DNA of 64,000 nt from Eledone cirrhosa (lineage: Eukaryota), in contig OZ024743.1 of the NCBI GenBank assembly GCA_964016885.1, positions 137,454,001 to 137,518,000 of the forward strand. The letters run 5' to 3'. Below are positions 37,251 to 50,074 of this stretch, piece after piece. Numbering within the stretch: position 1 is the first letter of the stretch; every line of letters starts with the position of its first letter. Made by a program: the position numbers and the translations under genes. The notes under the pieces are model-generated. The model was not told the DNA's origin. It ran no database searches and saw only the letters and a list, made by a program, of their open reading frames with translations.

Positions 37251-40200
37251 GTGTTTGGTGCTTGGTGCTTGGTGTTTGGTGATTGGTGCTTGGTGCTTGG
37301 TGTTTGGTGTTTTGTGCTTGGTGTTTGGTGCTTGGTGCTTGGTGTTTGGTGTTTGGTGCTTGGTGCTTGGTGTTTGGTGTTTGATGCTTGGTGTTTGATG
37401 CTTGGTGCTTGGTGCTTGGTGTTTGGTGCTTGGTGCTTGGTGTTTGTACTTGGTGCTTGGTGCTTGGTGTTTGGTGCTTGGTGCTTGGTGTTTGGTGCTT
37501 GGTTCTTGGTGTTTGGTGCTTGGTGCTTGGTGTTTGGTGCTTGGTGCTTGGTGTTTGGGTGTTTGGTGCTTGGTGTTTGGTGCTTGGTGCTTGGTGCTTG
37601 GTGGTTGGTGTTAGGTGTTTGGTGCTTGGTGCTTGGTATTTTGTGCTTCGTGCTTGGTGCTTGGTGTTTGGTGCTTGGTGCTTGGTGTTTGGTGCTTGGT
37701 GTTTGGTGTTTGGTGTTTGTGGCTTGGTGCTTGGTGTTTGGTGCTTGGTGCTTGGTGCTTGTTGTTTGGTGATTGGTGCTTGGTGCTTGGTGTTTGGTGT
37801 TTGGTGCTTGGGGCTTGGTGTTTGGTGCTGCATGCTTGGTGCTTGGTGCTTGGTGCTTGGTGTTTTGTGTTTGGTGTTTGATGCTTGGTGTTTGGTGTTT
37901 GGTGCTTGGTGCTTGGTGTTTGGTGTTTGATGCTTTGTGTTTGGTGTTTGGTGCTTGGTGCTTGGTGTTTGGTGCTTGGTGCTTGGTGTTTGTACTTGGT
38001 GCTTGGTGCTTGGTGTTTGGTGCTTGGTGTTTGTTGCTTGGTGCTTGGTGTTTGGTGCTTGGTGCTTGGTGTTTGGTGCTTGGTGCTTGGTGTTTGGTGC
38101 TTGGTGTTTGGTGCTTGGTGCTTGGTATTTGTTGTTAGGTGTTTGGTGCTTCATGCTTGGTGCTTGGTGTTTGGTGCTTTGTTTTTGGTGTTTGGTGCTT
38201 GGTGCCTGGTGCATGGTGTTTGTTGCTTGGTGCTTGGTGTTTGGTGTTTGGTGCTTGGTGTTTGGTGCTTGGTGCTTGATGCTTGGTGTTAGGTGTTAGG
38301 TGTTTGGTGCTTGGTGCTTGGTGCTTGGTGCTTGGTGCTTGGTGTTTGGTGCTTGCTGCTTGCTTCTTGCTGCTTGGTGTTTGGTGCTTGGTGATTGATG
38401 CTTGGTGTTTGGTGCTTGGTGCTTGGTGCTTGGTGTTTGGTGGTTGGTGCTTGGTGCTTGGTGCTGGGTGGTTGGCGTTCGGTGCTTGGTGCTTGGTGTT
38501 TGGTGCTTGGTGCTTGGTGCTTGGTGTTTGGTGCTTGGTGCTTGGTGCGTGGTCTTTGGTGCTTGGTGTTTGGTGTTTGGTGCTTGTTGCTTGGTGTTTG
38601 GTGCTTGGTGCTTGGTGATTAGTGTTTGGTGCTTGGTGCTTGGGGTTTGGTGTTTGGTTCTTGGTGCTTGGTGTTTGGTGCTTGGTGCTTGGTGTTTGGT
38701 GCTTGGTGTTTGGTGTTTGCTGTTTGGTATTTGGTGTTTGGTATTTGGTGTTTGCTGTTTGCTGTTTGGTGTCTGCTTTTTGGTGTTTGGTGTTTGCTCT
38801 ATGGTGTTTGCTGTTTGGTGTTTGGTGTTTGGTGTTTGGTGTTTCCTATTTGGTCTTTAGTCTTTCGTGCTTGGTGTTTGGTGCTTGGTGCTTGGTATTT
38901 GGTGTTTGGTGCTTGGTGCTTGGTGTTTGGTGCTTGGTGCTTGGTGCTTGTTGTTTGGTGTTTGGTGTTTGGTGTTTGGTGCTTGGTGCTTGGTGTTTGG
39001 TGCTTGGTGCTTGGTGTTTCGTGCTGCGTGCTTGGTGTTTGGTGCTTGGTGCTTGGTGCTTGGTGTTTGGTGTTTGGTGTTTGATGCTTGGTGCTTGGTG
39101 CTTGGTGTTTGGTGCTTGGTGATTGATGCTTGGTGTTTGGTGCTTGGTGCTAGGTGTTTGGTTTTTGGTGCTAGGTGCTTGGTGCTTGGTGTTTGGTGCT
39201 TGGTGTTTGGTGTTTGGTGCTTGGTGCTTGGTGCTTGGTGTTTGGTGCTTGGTTCTTGGTGCTTGGTGTTTGGTGTTTGGTGTTTGGTGCTTGGTGTTTG
39301 GTGCTTGGTGCTTGGTGCTGGGAGTTTCGTGCTTGTTGCTTGGTGTTTGCTGCATGGTGCTTGGTGCTTGGTGTTTGTCGCTTGGTGCTTGGTGCTTGGT
39401 GTTTGGTGCTTGGTGTTGGTGTTTGGTGCTTGGTGCTTGGTGTGTGGTGTTTGCTGTTTGCTGTTTGGTGTTTGGTGTTTGCTGTTTGCTGTTTGGTGTC
39501 TGGTTTTTCGTGTTTGGTGTTTGCTGTATGGTGTTTGCTGTTTCATGTTTGGAGTTTGCTGTTTGCTGTTTGCTGTTTCCTGTTTGCTGTTTGGTGTTTG
39601 GTGCTTGGTGTTTGGTGCTTGGTGTTTGGTGTTTGGTGCTTGGGGCTTGATGTTTGGTGTTTGGTGCTTGGTGTCTGGTGTTTGGTGCTTGGTGCTTGGT
39701 GATTAGTGTTTGGTGCTTGCTGCTTGGGGTTTGGTGTTTGGTGCTTGGTGCTTGGTGTTTGGTGCTTGGTGTTTGGTGTTTGGTGCTTGGTGTTTGGTGT
39801 TTGCTGTTTGGTGTTTGGTGTTTGGTGTTTGGTGTTTGCTGTTTGCTGTTTGGTGTCTGCTTTTTGGTGTTTGGTGTTTGCTGTATGGTGTTTGCTGTTT
39901 CGTGTTTATTGTTTGCTGTTTGGTGTTTGGTGTTTTGTTTGGTCTTTAGTCTTTGGTGCTTGGTGTTTGGTGCTTGGTGCTTGGTATTTGGTGTTTGGTG
40001 CTTGGTGCTTGGTGTTTGGTGCTTGGTGCTTGGTGCTTGTTGTTTGGTGTTTGGTGTTTGGTGGTTGGTGCTTGGTGCTTGGTGTTTGGTGCTTGGTGCT
40101 TGGTGTTTCCTGCTGCGTGCTTGGTGTTTTGTGCCTGGTGCTTGGTGCTTGGTGTTTGGTGTTTGGTGCTTGGTGTTTGGTGCTTGGTGCTAGGTGCTTG

Positions 40201-43200
40201 GTGTTTGGTGCTTAGTGCTTGGTGTTTGGTGCTTGGTGCTTCGTGTTTGGTGTTTGCTGTTTGGTGTTTGGTGTTTGGTGCTTGCTGTTTGGTGCTTGGT
40301 GTTTGGTGCTTGGTGCTTGGTGTTTTGTGTTTGGTGCTTGGGGCTTGATGTTTGGTGTTTGGTGCTTGGTGTTTGGTGCTTGGTGCTTGGTGCTGGGTGT
40401 TTTGTGTTTGTTGTTTGCTGTTTGGTGTTTGGTGTTTGCTCTTTGCTGTTTGGTGTCTGCTTTTTCGTGTTTGGTGTTTGCTGTATGGTGTTTGCTGTTT
40501 CATGTTTGGTGTTTGGTGCTTGGTGCTTGGTGCTTGGTGTTTGGTGTTTGGTGCTTGGTGTTTGGTGCTTAGTGCTTGGTGTTTGGTGTTTGGTGCTTGG
40601 TGCCTGGTGCTTGTTGTTTGGTGCTTGGTGCTTGGTGCTTGGTTTTTTGTGTTTGTTGTTTGCTGTTTGATGTTTGGTGTTTGCTCTTTGCTGTTTGGTG
40701 TCTGCTTTTTCGTGTTTGCTGTTTGCTGTTTGGTGTTTCCTCTTTGCTGTTTGGTGTTTGGTGCTTGGTGCTTGGTGTTTGGTGATTGGTGCTTGGTGCT
40801 TGGTGTTTGGTGCTAGGTGCTTGGTGCTTGGTGTTTAGGGCTTGGTGTTTGGTGCTTGGTGCTTCGTGCTTGGTGTTTGGTGCTTGGTGCTTGGTGTTTG
40901 GTGTTTGGTGCTTGGTGTTTGGTGCTTGGTGCTTGGTGCTGGGTGGTAGGCGTTCGGTGCTTGGTGCTTGGTGTTTGGTGCTTGGTGCTTGGTGCTTGGT
41001 GTTTGGTGCTTGGTGCTTGGTGCTTGGTCTTTGGTGCTTGGTGCTTGGTGATTAGTGTTTGGTGCTTGGTGCCTGGGGTTTGGTGTTTGGTTCTTGGTGC
41101 TTGGTGTTTGGTGCTTGGTGCTTGGTGTTTGGTGCTTGGTGTTTGGTGTTTGCTGTTTGGTGTTTGGTGTTTGGTATTTGGTGTTTGCTGTTTGCTGTTT
41201 GGTGTCTGCTTTTTGGTGTTTGGTGTTTGCTCTATGGTGTTTGCTGTTTGGTGTTTGGTGTTTGGTGTTTGGTGTTTCCTATTTGGTCTTTAGTCTTTCG
41301 TGCTTGGTGTTTGGTGCTTGGTGCTTGGTATTTGGTGTTTGGTGCTTGGTGCTTGGTGTTTGGTGCTTGGTGCTTGGTGCTTGTTGTTTGGTGTTTGGTG
41401 TTTGGTGTTTGGTGCTTGGTGCTTGGTGCTTGGTGCTTGGTGCTTGGTGTTTCGTGCTGCGTGCTTGGTGTTTGGTGCTTGGTGCTTGGTGCTTGGTGTT
41501 TGGTGTTTGGTGTTTGATGCTTGGTGCTTGGTGCTTGGTGTTTGGTGCTTGGTGATTGATGCTTGGTGTTTGGTGCTTGGTGCTAGGTGTTTGGTGTTTG
41601 GTGCTAGGTGCTTGGTGCTTGGTGTTTGGTGCTTGGTGTTTGGTGTTTGGTGCTTGGTGCTTGGTGGTTGGTGTTTGGTGCCTGGTTCTTGGTGCTTGGT
41701 GTTTGGTGTTTGGTGTTTGGTGCTTGGTGTTTGGTGCTTGGTGCTTGGTGCTGGGAGTTTGGTGCTTGTTGCTTGGTGTTTGCTGCATGGTGCTTGGTGC
41801 TTGGTGTTTGTCGCTTGGTGCTTGGTGCTTGGTGTTTGGTGCTTGGTGTTTGGTGTTTGGTGCTTGGTGCTTGGTGTGTGGTGTTTGCTGTTTGCTGTTT
41901 GGTGTTTGGTGTTTGCTGTTTGCTGTTTGGTGTCTGCTTTTTCGTGTTTGGTGTTTGCTGTATGGTGTTTGCTGTTTCATGTTTGGAGTTTGCTGTTTGC
42001 TGTTTGCTGTTTCCTGTTTGCTGTTTGGTGTTTGGTGCTTGGTGCTTGGTGCTTGGTTTTTGGTGTTTGGTGCTTGGGGCTTGATGTTTGGTGTTTGGTG
42101 CTTGGTGTCTGGTGTTTGGTGCTTGGTGCTTGGTGATTAGTGTTTGGTGCTTGCTGCTTGGGGTTTGGTGTTTGGTGCTTGGTGCTTGGTGTTTGGTGCT
42201 TGGTGTTTGGTGTTTGGTGCTTGGTGTTTGGTGTTTGCTGTTTGGTGTTTGGTGTTTGGTGTTTGGTGTTTGCTGTTTGCTGTTTGGTGTCTGCTTTTTG
42301 GTGTTTGGTGTTTTGTTTGGTCTTTAGTCTTTGGTGCTTGGTGTTTGGTGCTTGGTGCTTGGTATTTGGTGTTTGGTGCTTGGTGCTTGGTGTTTGGTGC
42401 TTGGTGCTTGGTGCTTGTTGTTTGGTGTTTGGTGTTTGGTGTTTGGTGCTTGGTGCTTGGTGTTTGGTGCTTGGTGCTTGGTGTTTCCTGCTGCGTGCTT
42501 GGTGTTTTGTGCCTGGTGCTTGGTGCTTGGTGTTTGGTGTTTGGTGCTTGGTGTTTGGTGCTTGGTGCTAGGTGCTTGGTGTTTGGTGCTTAGTGCTTGG
42601 TGTTTGGTGCTTGGTGCTTCGTGTTTGGTGTTTGCTGTTTGCTGTTTGGTGTTTGCCGTTTGCTGTTTGGTGTTTGCTGTTTGGTGTTTGGTGTTTGGTG
42701 CTTGCTGTTTGGTGCTTGGTGTTTGGTGCTTGGTGCTTGGTGTTTTGTGTTTGGTGCTTGGGGCTTGATGTTTGGTGTTTGGTGCTTGGTGTTTGGTGCT
42801 TGGTGCTTGGTGCTGGGTGTTTGGTGCTTGGTGTTTGGTGTTTGGTGCTTGGTGCTTGGTGCTTGGTGTTTTGTGTTTGTTGTTTGCTGTTTGGTGTTTG
42901 GTGTTTGCTCTTTGCTGTTTGGTGTCTGCTTTTTCGTGTTTGGTGTTTGCTGTATGGTGTTTGCTGTTTCATGTTTGGTGTTTGGTGCTTGGTGCTTGGT
43001 GCTTGGTGTTTGGTGTTTGGTGCTTGGTGTTTGGTGCTTAGTGCTTGGTGTTTCGTGTTTGGTGCTTGGTGCCTGGTGCTTGTTGTTTGGTGCTTGGTGC
43101 TTGGTGCTTGGTTTTTTGTGTTTGTTGTTTGCTGTTTGATGTTTGGTGTTTGCTCTTTGCTGTTTGGTGTCTGCTTTTTCGTGTTTGCTGTTTGCTGTTT

Positions 43201-46200
43201 GGTGTTTCCTCTTTGCTGTTTGGTGTTTGGTGCTTGGTGCTTGGTGCTTGGTGTTTGGTGTTTGGTGCTTGGTGTTTGGTGCTTAGTGCTTGGTGTTTGG
43301 TGTTTGGTGCTTGGTGCCTGGTGCTTGTTGTATGGTGTTTGGTGCTTGGTGCTTGATGTTTGGTGTTTGGTGCTTGGTGTCTGGTGTTTGGTGCTTGGTG
43401 TTTGGTGTTTGGTGCTTGGTGCTTGGTGTTTGGTGTTTGGTGCTTGGTGCTTGGTGTTTGGTGTTTTGTGCTTGGTGTTTGGTGCTTGGTGCTTGGTGTT
43501 TGGTGTTTGGTGCTTGGTGCTTGGTGTTTGGTGCTTGGTGCTTGGTGTTTGTACTTGGTGCCTGGTGCTTGGTGTTTGGTGCTTGGTGCTTGGTGTTTGG
43601 TGCTTGGTTCTTGGTGTTTGGTGCTTGGTGCTTGGTGTTTGGTGCTTGGTGCTTGGTGTTTGGTGTTTGGTGCTTGGTGTTTGGTGCTTGGTGCTTGGTG
43701 CTTGGTGGTTGGTGTTAGGTGTTTGGTGCTTGGTGCTTGGTGTTTTGTGCTTCGTGCTTGGTGTTTGGTGTTTGGTGCTTGGTGCTTGGTGTTTGGTGCT
43801 TGGTGTTTGGTGCTTGGTGTTTGGTGTTTGGTGTTTGGTGCTTGGTGCCTGGTGTTTGGTGCTTGATGCTTGGTGCTTGTTGTTTGGTGATTGGTGCTTG
43901 GTGCTTGGTGTTTGGTGTTTGGTGCTTGGGGCTTGGTGTTTGGTGCTGCATGCTTGGTGCTTGGTGCTTGGTGCTTGGTGTTTGGTGCTTGGTGTTTGTT
44001 GCTTGGTGCTTGGTGTTTGGTGCTTGGTGCTTGGTGTTTGGTGCTTGGTGCTTGGTGTTTGGTGCTTGGTGTTTGGTGCTTGGTGCTTGGTGCTTGTTGT
44101 TAGGTGTTTGGTGCTTCATGCTTGGTGCTTGGTGTTTTGTGCTTTGTTCTTGGTGTTTGGTGCTTGGTGCCTGGTGCATGGTTTTTGTTGCTTGGTGCTT
44201 GGTGTTTGGTGTTTGGTGCTTGGTGTTTGGTGCTTGGTGCTTGATGCTTGGTGTTAGGTGTTAGGTGTTTGGTGCTTGGTGCTTGGTGCTTGGTGCTTGG
44301 TGCTTGGTGTTTGGTGCTTGCTGCTTGCTTCTTGCTGCTTGGTGCTTGGTGCTTGGTGATTGGTGCTTGGTGTTTGGTGCTTGGTGCTTGGTGCTTGGTG
44401 TTTGGTGATTGGTGCTTGGTGCTTGGTGTTTGGTGCTAGGTGCTTGGTGCTTGGTGTTTGGTGCTTGGTGTTTGGTGCTTGGTGCTTGGTGCTGGGTGGT
44501 AGGCGTTCGGTGCTTGGTGCTTGGTGTTTTTGCTTGGTGCTTGGTGCTTGGTGTTTGGTGCTTGGTGCTTGGTGCTTGGTCTTTGGTGCTTGGTGTTTGG
44601 TGTTTGGTGCTTGTTGCTTGGTGTTTGGTGCTTGGTGCTTGGTGATTAGTGTTTGGTGCTTGGTGCTTGGGGTTTGGTGTTTGGTTCTTGGTGCCTGGTG
44701 TTTGGTGCTTGGTGCTTGGTGTTTGGTGCTTGGTGTTTGGTGTTTGCTGTTTGGTGTTTGGTGTTTGGTATTTGGTGTTTGCTGTTTGCTGTTTGGTGTC
44801 TGCTTTTTGGTGTTTGGTGTTTGCTCTATGGTGTTTGCTGTTTGGTGTTTGGTGTTTGGTGTTTGGTGTTTCCTATTTGGTCTTTAGTCTTTCGTGCTTG
44901 GTGTTTGGTGCTTGGTGCTTGGTATTTGGTGTTTGGTGCTTGGTGCTTGGTGTTTGGTGCTTGGTGCTTGGTGCTTGTTGTTTGGTGTTTGGTGTTTGGT
45001 GTTTGGTGCTTGGTGCTTGGTGCTTGGTGCTTGGTGCTTGGTGTTTCGTGCTGCGTGCTTGGTGTTTGGTGCTTGGTGCTTGGTGCTTGGTGTTTGGTGT
45101 TTGGTGTTTGATGCTTGGTGCTTGGTGCTTGGTGTTTGGTGCTTGGTGATTGATGCTTGGTGTTTGGTGCTTGGTGCTAGGTGTTTGGCTTTTGGTGCTA
45201 GGTGCTTGGTGCTTGGTGTTTGGTGCTTGGTGTTTGGTGTTTGGTGCTTGGTACTTGGTGCTTGGTGTTTGGTGCTTGGTTCTTGGTGCTTGGTGTTTGG
45301 TGTTTGGTGTTTGGTGTTTGGTGCTTGTTGCTTGGTGTTTGCTGCATGGTGCTTGGTGCTTGGTGTTTGTCGCTTGGTGCTTGGTGCTTGGTGTTTGGTG
45401 CTTGGTGTTTGGTGTTTGGTGCTTGGTGCTTGGTGTGTTGTGTTTGCTGTTTGCTGTTTGGTGTTTGGTGTTTGCTGTTTGCTGTTTGGTGTCTGCTTTT
45501 TCGTGTTTCGTGTTTGCTGTATGGTGTTTGCTGTTTCATGTTTGGAGTTTGCTGTTTGCTGTTTGCTGTTTCCTGTTTGCTGTTTGGTGTTTGGTGCTTG
45601 GTGCTTGGTGCTTGGTGTTTGGTGTTTGGTGCTTGGGGCTTGATGTTTGGTGTTTGGTGCTTGGTGTCTGGTGTTTGGTGCTTGGTGCTTGGTGATTAGT
45701 GTTTGGTGCTTGCTGCTTGGGGTTTGGTGTTTGGTGCTTGGTGCTTGGTGTTTGGTGCTTGGTGTTTGGTGTTTGGTGCTTGGTGTTTGCTGTTTGCTGT
45801 TTGGTGTTTGGTGTTTGGTGTTTGGTGTTTGCTGTTTGCTGTTTGGTGCTTGGGGCTTGGTGTTTGGTGCTGCATGCTTGGTGCTTGGTGCTTGGTGCTT
45901 GGTGTTTTGTGCTTGGTGCTTGGCGTTTGGTGCTTGGTGTTTGGTGCTTGGTGTTTGGTGTTTGGTGTTTGGTGCTTGGTGCTTGGTGTTTGGTGCTTGG
46001 TGCTTGGTGCTTGTTGTTTGGTGATTGGTGCTTGGTGCTTGGTGTTTGGTGTTTGGTGCTTGGGGCTTGGTGTTTGGTGCTGCATGCTTGGTGCTTGGTG
46101 CTTGGTGCTTGGTGTTTTGTGTATGGTGTTTGATGCTTGGTGTTTGGTGTTTGGTGTTTGGTGCTTGGGGCTTGGTGTTTGGTGCTGCATGCTTGGTGCT

Positions 46201-47450
46201 TGGTGCTTGGTGCTTGGTGTTTTGTGTATGGTGTTTGATGCTTGGTGTTTGGTGTTTGGTGCTTGGTGCTTGGTGTTTGGTGTTTGATGCTTGGTGTTTG
46301 GTGTTTGGTGCTTGGTGCTTGGTGTTTGGTGCTTGGTGCTAGGTGTTTGTACTTGGTGCTTGGTGCTTGGTGTTTGGTGCTTGGTGTTTGTTGCTTGGTG
46401 CTTGGTGTTTGGTGCTTGGTGCTTGGTGTTTGGTGCTTGGTGCTTGGTGTTTGGTGCTTGGTGTTTGGTGCTTGGTGCTTGGTGCTTGTTGTTAGGTGTT
46501 TGGTGCTTCATGCTTGGTGCTTGGTGTTTTGTGCTTTGTTCTTGGTGTTTGGTGCTTGGTGCCTGGTGCATGGTGTTTGTTGCTTGGTGCTTGGTGTTTG
46601 GTGTTTGGTGCTTGGTGTTTGGTGCTTGGTGCTTGATGCTTGGTGTTAGGTGTTAGGTGTTTGGTGCTTGGTGCTTGGTGCTTGGTGCTTGGTGTTTGGT
46701 GCTTGCTGCTTGCTTCTTGCTGCTTGGTGTTTGGTGCTTGGTGATTGGTGCTTGGTGTTTGGTGCTTGGTGCTTGGTGCTTGGTGTTTGGTGGTTGGTGC
46801 TTGGTGCTTGGTGTTTGGTGCTAGGTGCTTGGTGCTTGGTGTTTAGGGCTTGGTGTTTGGTGCTTGGTGCTTCGTGCTTGGTGTTTGGTGCTTGGTGCTT
46901 GGTGTTTGGTGTTTGGTGCTTGGTGTTTGGTGCTTGGTGCTTGGTGCTGGGTGGTAGGCGTTCGGTGCTTGGTGCTTGGTGTTTGGTGCTTGGTGCTTGG
47001 TGCTTGGTGTTTGGTGCTTGGTGCTTGGTGCTTGGTCTTTGGTGCTTGGTGTTTGGTGTTTGGTGCTTGTTGCTTGGTGTTTGGTGCTTGGTGCTTGGTG
47101 ATTAGTGTTTGGTGCTTGGTGCTTGGGGTTTGGTGTTTGGTTCTTGGTGCTTGGTGTTTGGTGCTTGGTGCTTGGTGTTTGGTGCTTGGTGTTTGGTGTT
47201 TGCTGTTTGGTGTTTGGTGTTTGGTATTTGGTGTTTGCTTCTTGCTGTTTGGTGTCTGCTTTTTGGTGTTTGGTCTTTGCTCTATGGTGTTTGCTGTTTG
47301 GTGTTTGGTGTTTGGTGTTTGGTGTTTCCTATTTGGTCTTTAGTCTTTCGTGCTTGGTGTTTGGTGCTTGGTGCTTGGTATTTGGTGTCTGGTGCTTGGT
47401 GCTTGGTGTTTGGTGCTTGGTGCTTGGTGCTTGTTGTTTGGTGTTTGGTG
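36100..47450 (+). repeat. Diverged ~5.9-6.0 kb HOR with an internal ~2433-bp duplication
   Basis: Long offsets: 36656/42572 (5916), 38283/44248 (5965), 38622/44649 (6027), 39654/45647 (5993). Short offsets: 38622/41055 (2433), 39654/42088 (2434), 44649/47105 (2456). Confidence 0.72.
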
Positions 47451-50074
47451 TTTGGTGTTTGGTGCTTGGTGCTTGGTGTTTGGTGCTTGGTGCTTGGTGT
47501 TTCGTGCTGCGTGCTTGGTGTTTGGTGCTTGGTGCTTGGTGCTTGGTGTTTGGTGTTTGGTGTTTGATGCTTGGTGCTTGGTGCTTGGTGTTTGGTGTTT
47601 GGTGCTTGGTGCTTGGTGCTTGGTGCTTGGTGTTTGGTGCTTAGTGCTTGGTGTTTGGTGCATGGTGCTTGGTGTTTGGTGTTTGCTGTTTGCTGTTTGG
47701 TGTTTGCTGTTTGCTGTTTGGTGTTTGCTGTTTGGTGTTTGGTGTTTGCTGTTTGCTGTTTGGTGCTTGCTGTTTGGTGCTTGGTGCTTGGTGTTTCGTG
47801 CTGCGTGCTTGGTGTTTGGTGCTTGGTGCTTGGTGCTTGGTGTTTGGTGTTTGGTGTTTGATGCTTGGTGCTTTGTGCTTGGTGTTTGGTGTTTGGTGCT
47901 TGGTGCTTGGTGCTTGGTGCTTGGTGTTTGGTGCTTAGTGCTTGGTGTTTGGTGCATGGTGCTTGCTGTTTGGTGTTTGCTGTTTGCTGTTTGGTGTTTG
48001 CTGTTTGCTGTTTGGTGCTTGCTGTTTGGTGCTTGGTGCTTGGTGCTTGGGGCTTGATGTTTGGTGCTTGGTGCTTGGTTCTTGGTGCTTGGTGTTTGGT
48101 GCTTGCTGCTTGGTGCTGGGTGTTTGGTGCTTGGTGCTTGGTGTTTGGTGCATGGTGCTTGGTGCTTGGTGTTTGTCGCTTGGTGCTTGGTGCTTGGTGT
48201 TTGGTGCTTGGTGTTTGGTGTTTGGTGCTTGGTGCTGGGTGTTTGGTGTTTGCTGTTTGCTGTTTGGTGTTTGGTGTTTGCTGTTTGCTGTTTGGTGTCT
48301 GATTTTTCGTGTTTGGTGTTTGCTGTATGGTGTTTGCTGTTTCATGTTTGGAGTTTGCTGTTTGCTGTTTGGTGTTTCCTGTTTGCTGTTTGGTGTTTGG
48401 TGCTTGGTTCTTGGTGCTTGGTGCTTGGTGTTTGGTGCTTAGTGCTTGGTGTTTGGTGCTTGGTGCCTGGTGATTGTTGTTTGGTGTTTGGTGCTTGGTG
48501 CTTGATGTTTGGTGTTTGGTGCTTGGTGTCTGGTGTTTGGTGCTTGGTGTTTGGTGTTTGGTGCTTGGTGCTTGGTGCTTGGTGTTTGGTGTTTGGTGCT
48601 TGGTGTTTGGTGTTTGGTGCTTGGTGCTTGGTGTTTGGTGCTTGGTGCTTGGTGCTTGGTGTTTGGTGTTTGGTGCTTGGTGCTTGGTGTTTGGTGTTTG
48701 GTGCTTGGTGTTTGATGCTTGGTGCTTGGTGCTTGGTGTTTGGTGCTTGGTGCTTGGTGTTTGTACTTGGTGCTTGGTGCTTGGTGTTTGGTGCTTGGTT
48801 CTTGGTGTTTGGTGCTTGGTGTTTGGTGCTTGGTGCTTGGTGTTTGGTGCTTGGTGCTTGGTGCTTGGTGTTTGGTGTTTGGTGCTTGGTGCTTGGTGTT
48901 TGGTGTTTGGTGCTTGGTGTTTGATGCTTGGTGCTTGGTGCTTGGTGTTTGGTGTTTGGTGCTTGGTGCTTGGTGATTGGTGTTAGGTGTTTGGTGCTTG
49001 GTGCTTGGTGTTTGGTGCTTGGTGCTTGGTGTTTGGTGTTTGGTGCTTGGTGATTGATGCTTGGTGTTTGGTGCTTGGTGCTTGGTGTTTGGTTTTTGGT
49101 GCTAGGTGCTTGGTGCTTGGTGTTTGGTGTTTGGTGCTTGGTGTTTGGTGCTTGGTGCTTGGTGCTGGATGGTTGGTGTTTGGTGCTTGGTGCTTGGTGT
49201 TTGGTGCTTGGTGCTTGGTGCTTGGTGTTTGGTGCTTGGTGCTTGGTGTTTGGTCTTTGATGTTTGGTGTTTAGTGCTTGGTGCTTGGTGCTTGGTGTTT
49301 GGTGCTTGGTGCTTGGTGCATTGAGATTAGTGTTTGGTGCTTGGTGTTTGGTGTTTGGTGTTTGGTGCTTGGTGTTTGGTGCTTGGTGCTTGGTGTTTGG
49401 TGTTTGGTGCTTGCTACTTGGTGTTTGGTGTTTGCTGTTTGGTGCTGCGTGCTTGGTGCTTGGTGCTTGGTGCTTGGTGCTTGGTGTTTTGTGTTTGGTG
49501 TTTGATGCTTGGTGTTTGGTGTTTGGTGCTTGGTGCTTGGTGTTTGGTGTTTGATGCTTGGTGCTTGATGCTTGGTGCTTGGTGCTTGGTGTTTGGTGCT
49601 TGGTGCTTGATGTTTGTACTTGGTGCTTGGTGCTTGGTGTTTGGTGCTTGGTGTTTGGTGCTTGGTGCTTGGTGTTTGGTGCTTGGTGCTTGGTGTTTGG
49701 TGTTTGGTGCTTGGTGTTTGGTGCTTGGTGTTTGGTATTAGGTGTTTGGTGCTTCATGCTTGGTGCTTGGTGTTTGGTGCCATGGTGCTTGGTGTTTGGT
49801 GCTTGGTGCCTGGTGCATGGTGTTTGTTGCTTGGTGCTTGGTGTTTGGTGTTTGGTGCTTGGTGTTTGGTGCTTGGTGCTTGGTGCTTGGTGTTAGGTGT
49901 TAGGTGTTTGGTGCTTGGTGCTTGGTGTTTGGTGCTTGGTGTCTGGTGTTTGGTGCTTGCTGCTTGCTGCTTGGTGTTTGGTGCTTGGTGATTAGTGCTT
50001 GGTGTTTGGTGCTTGGTGCTTGGTGTTTGGTGCTTGGTGCTTGATGCTTGGAGTTTGGTGCTTGGTGTTTGGTG

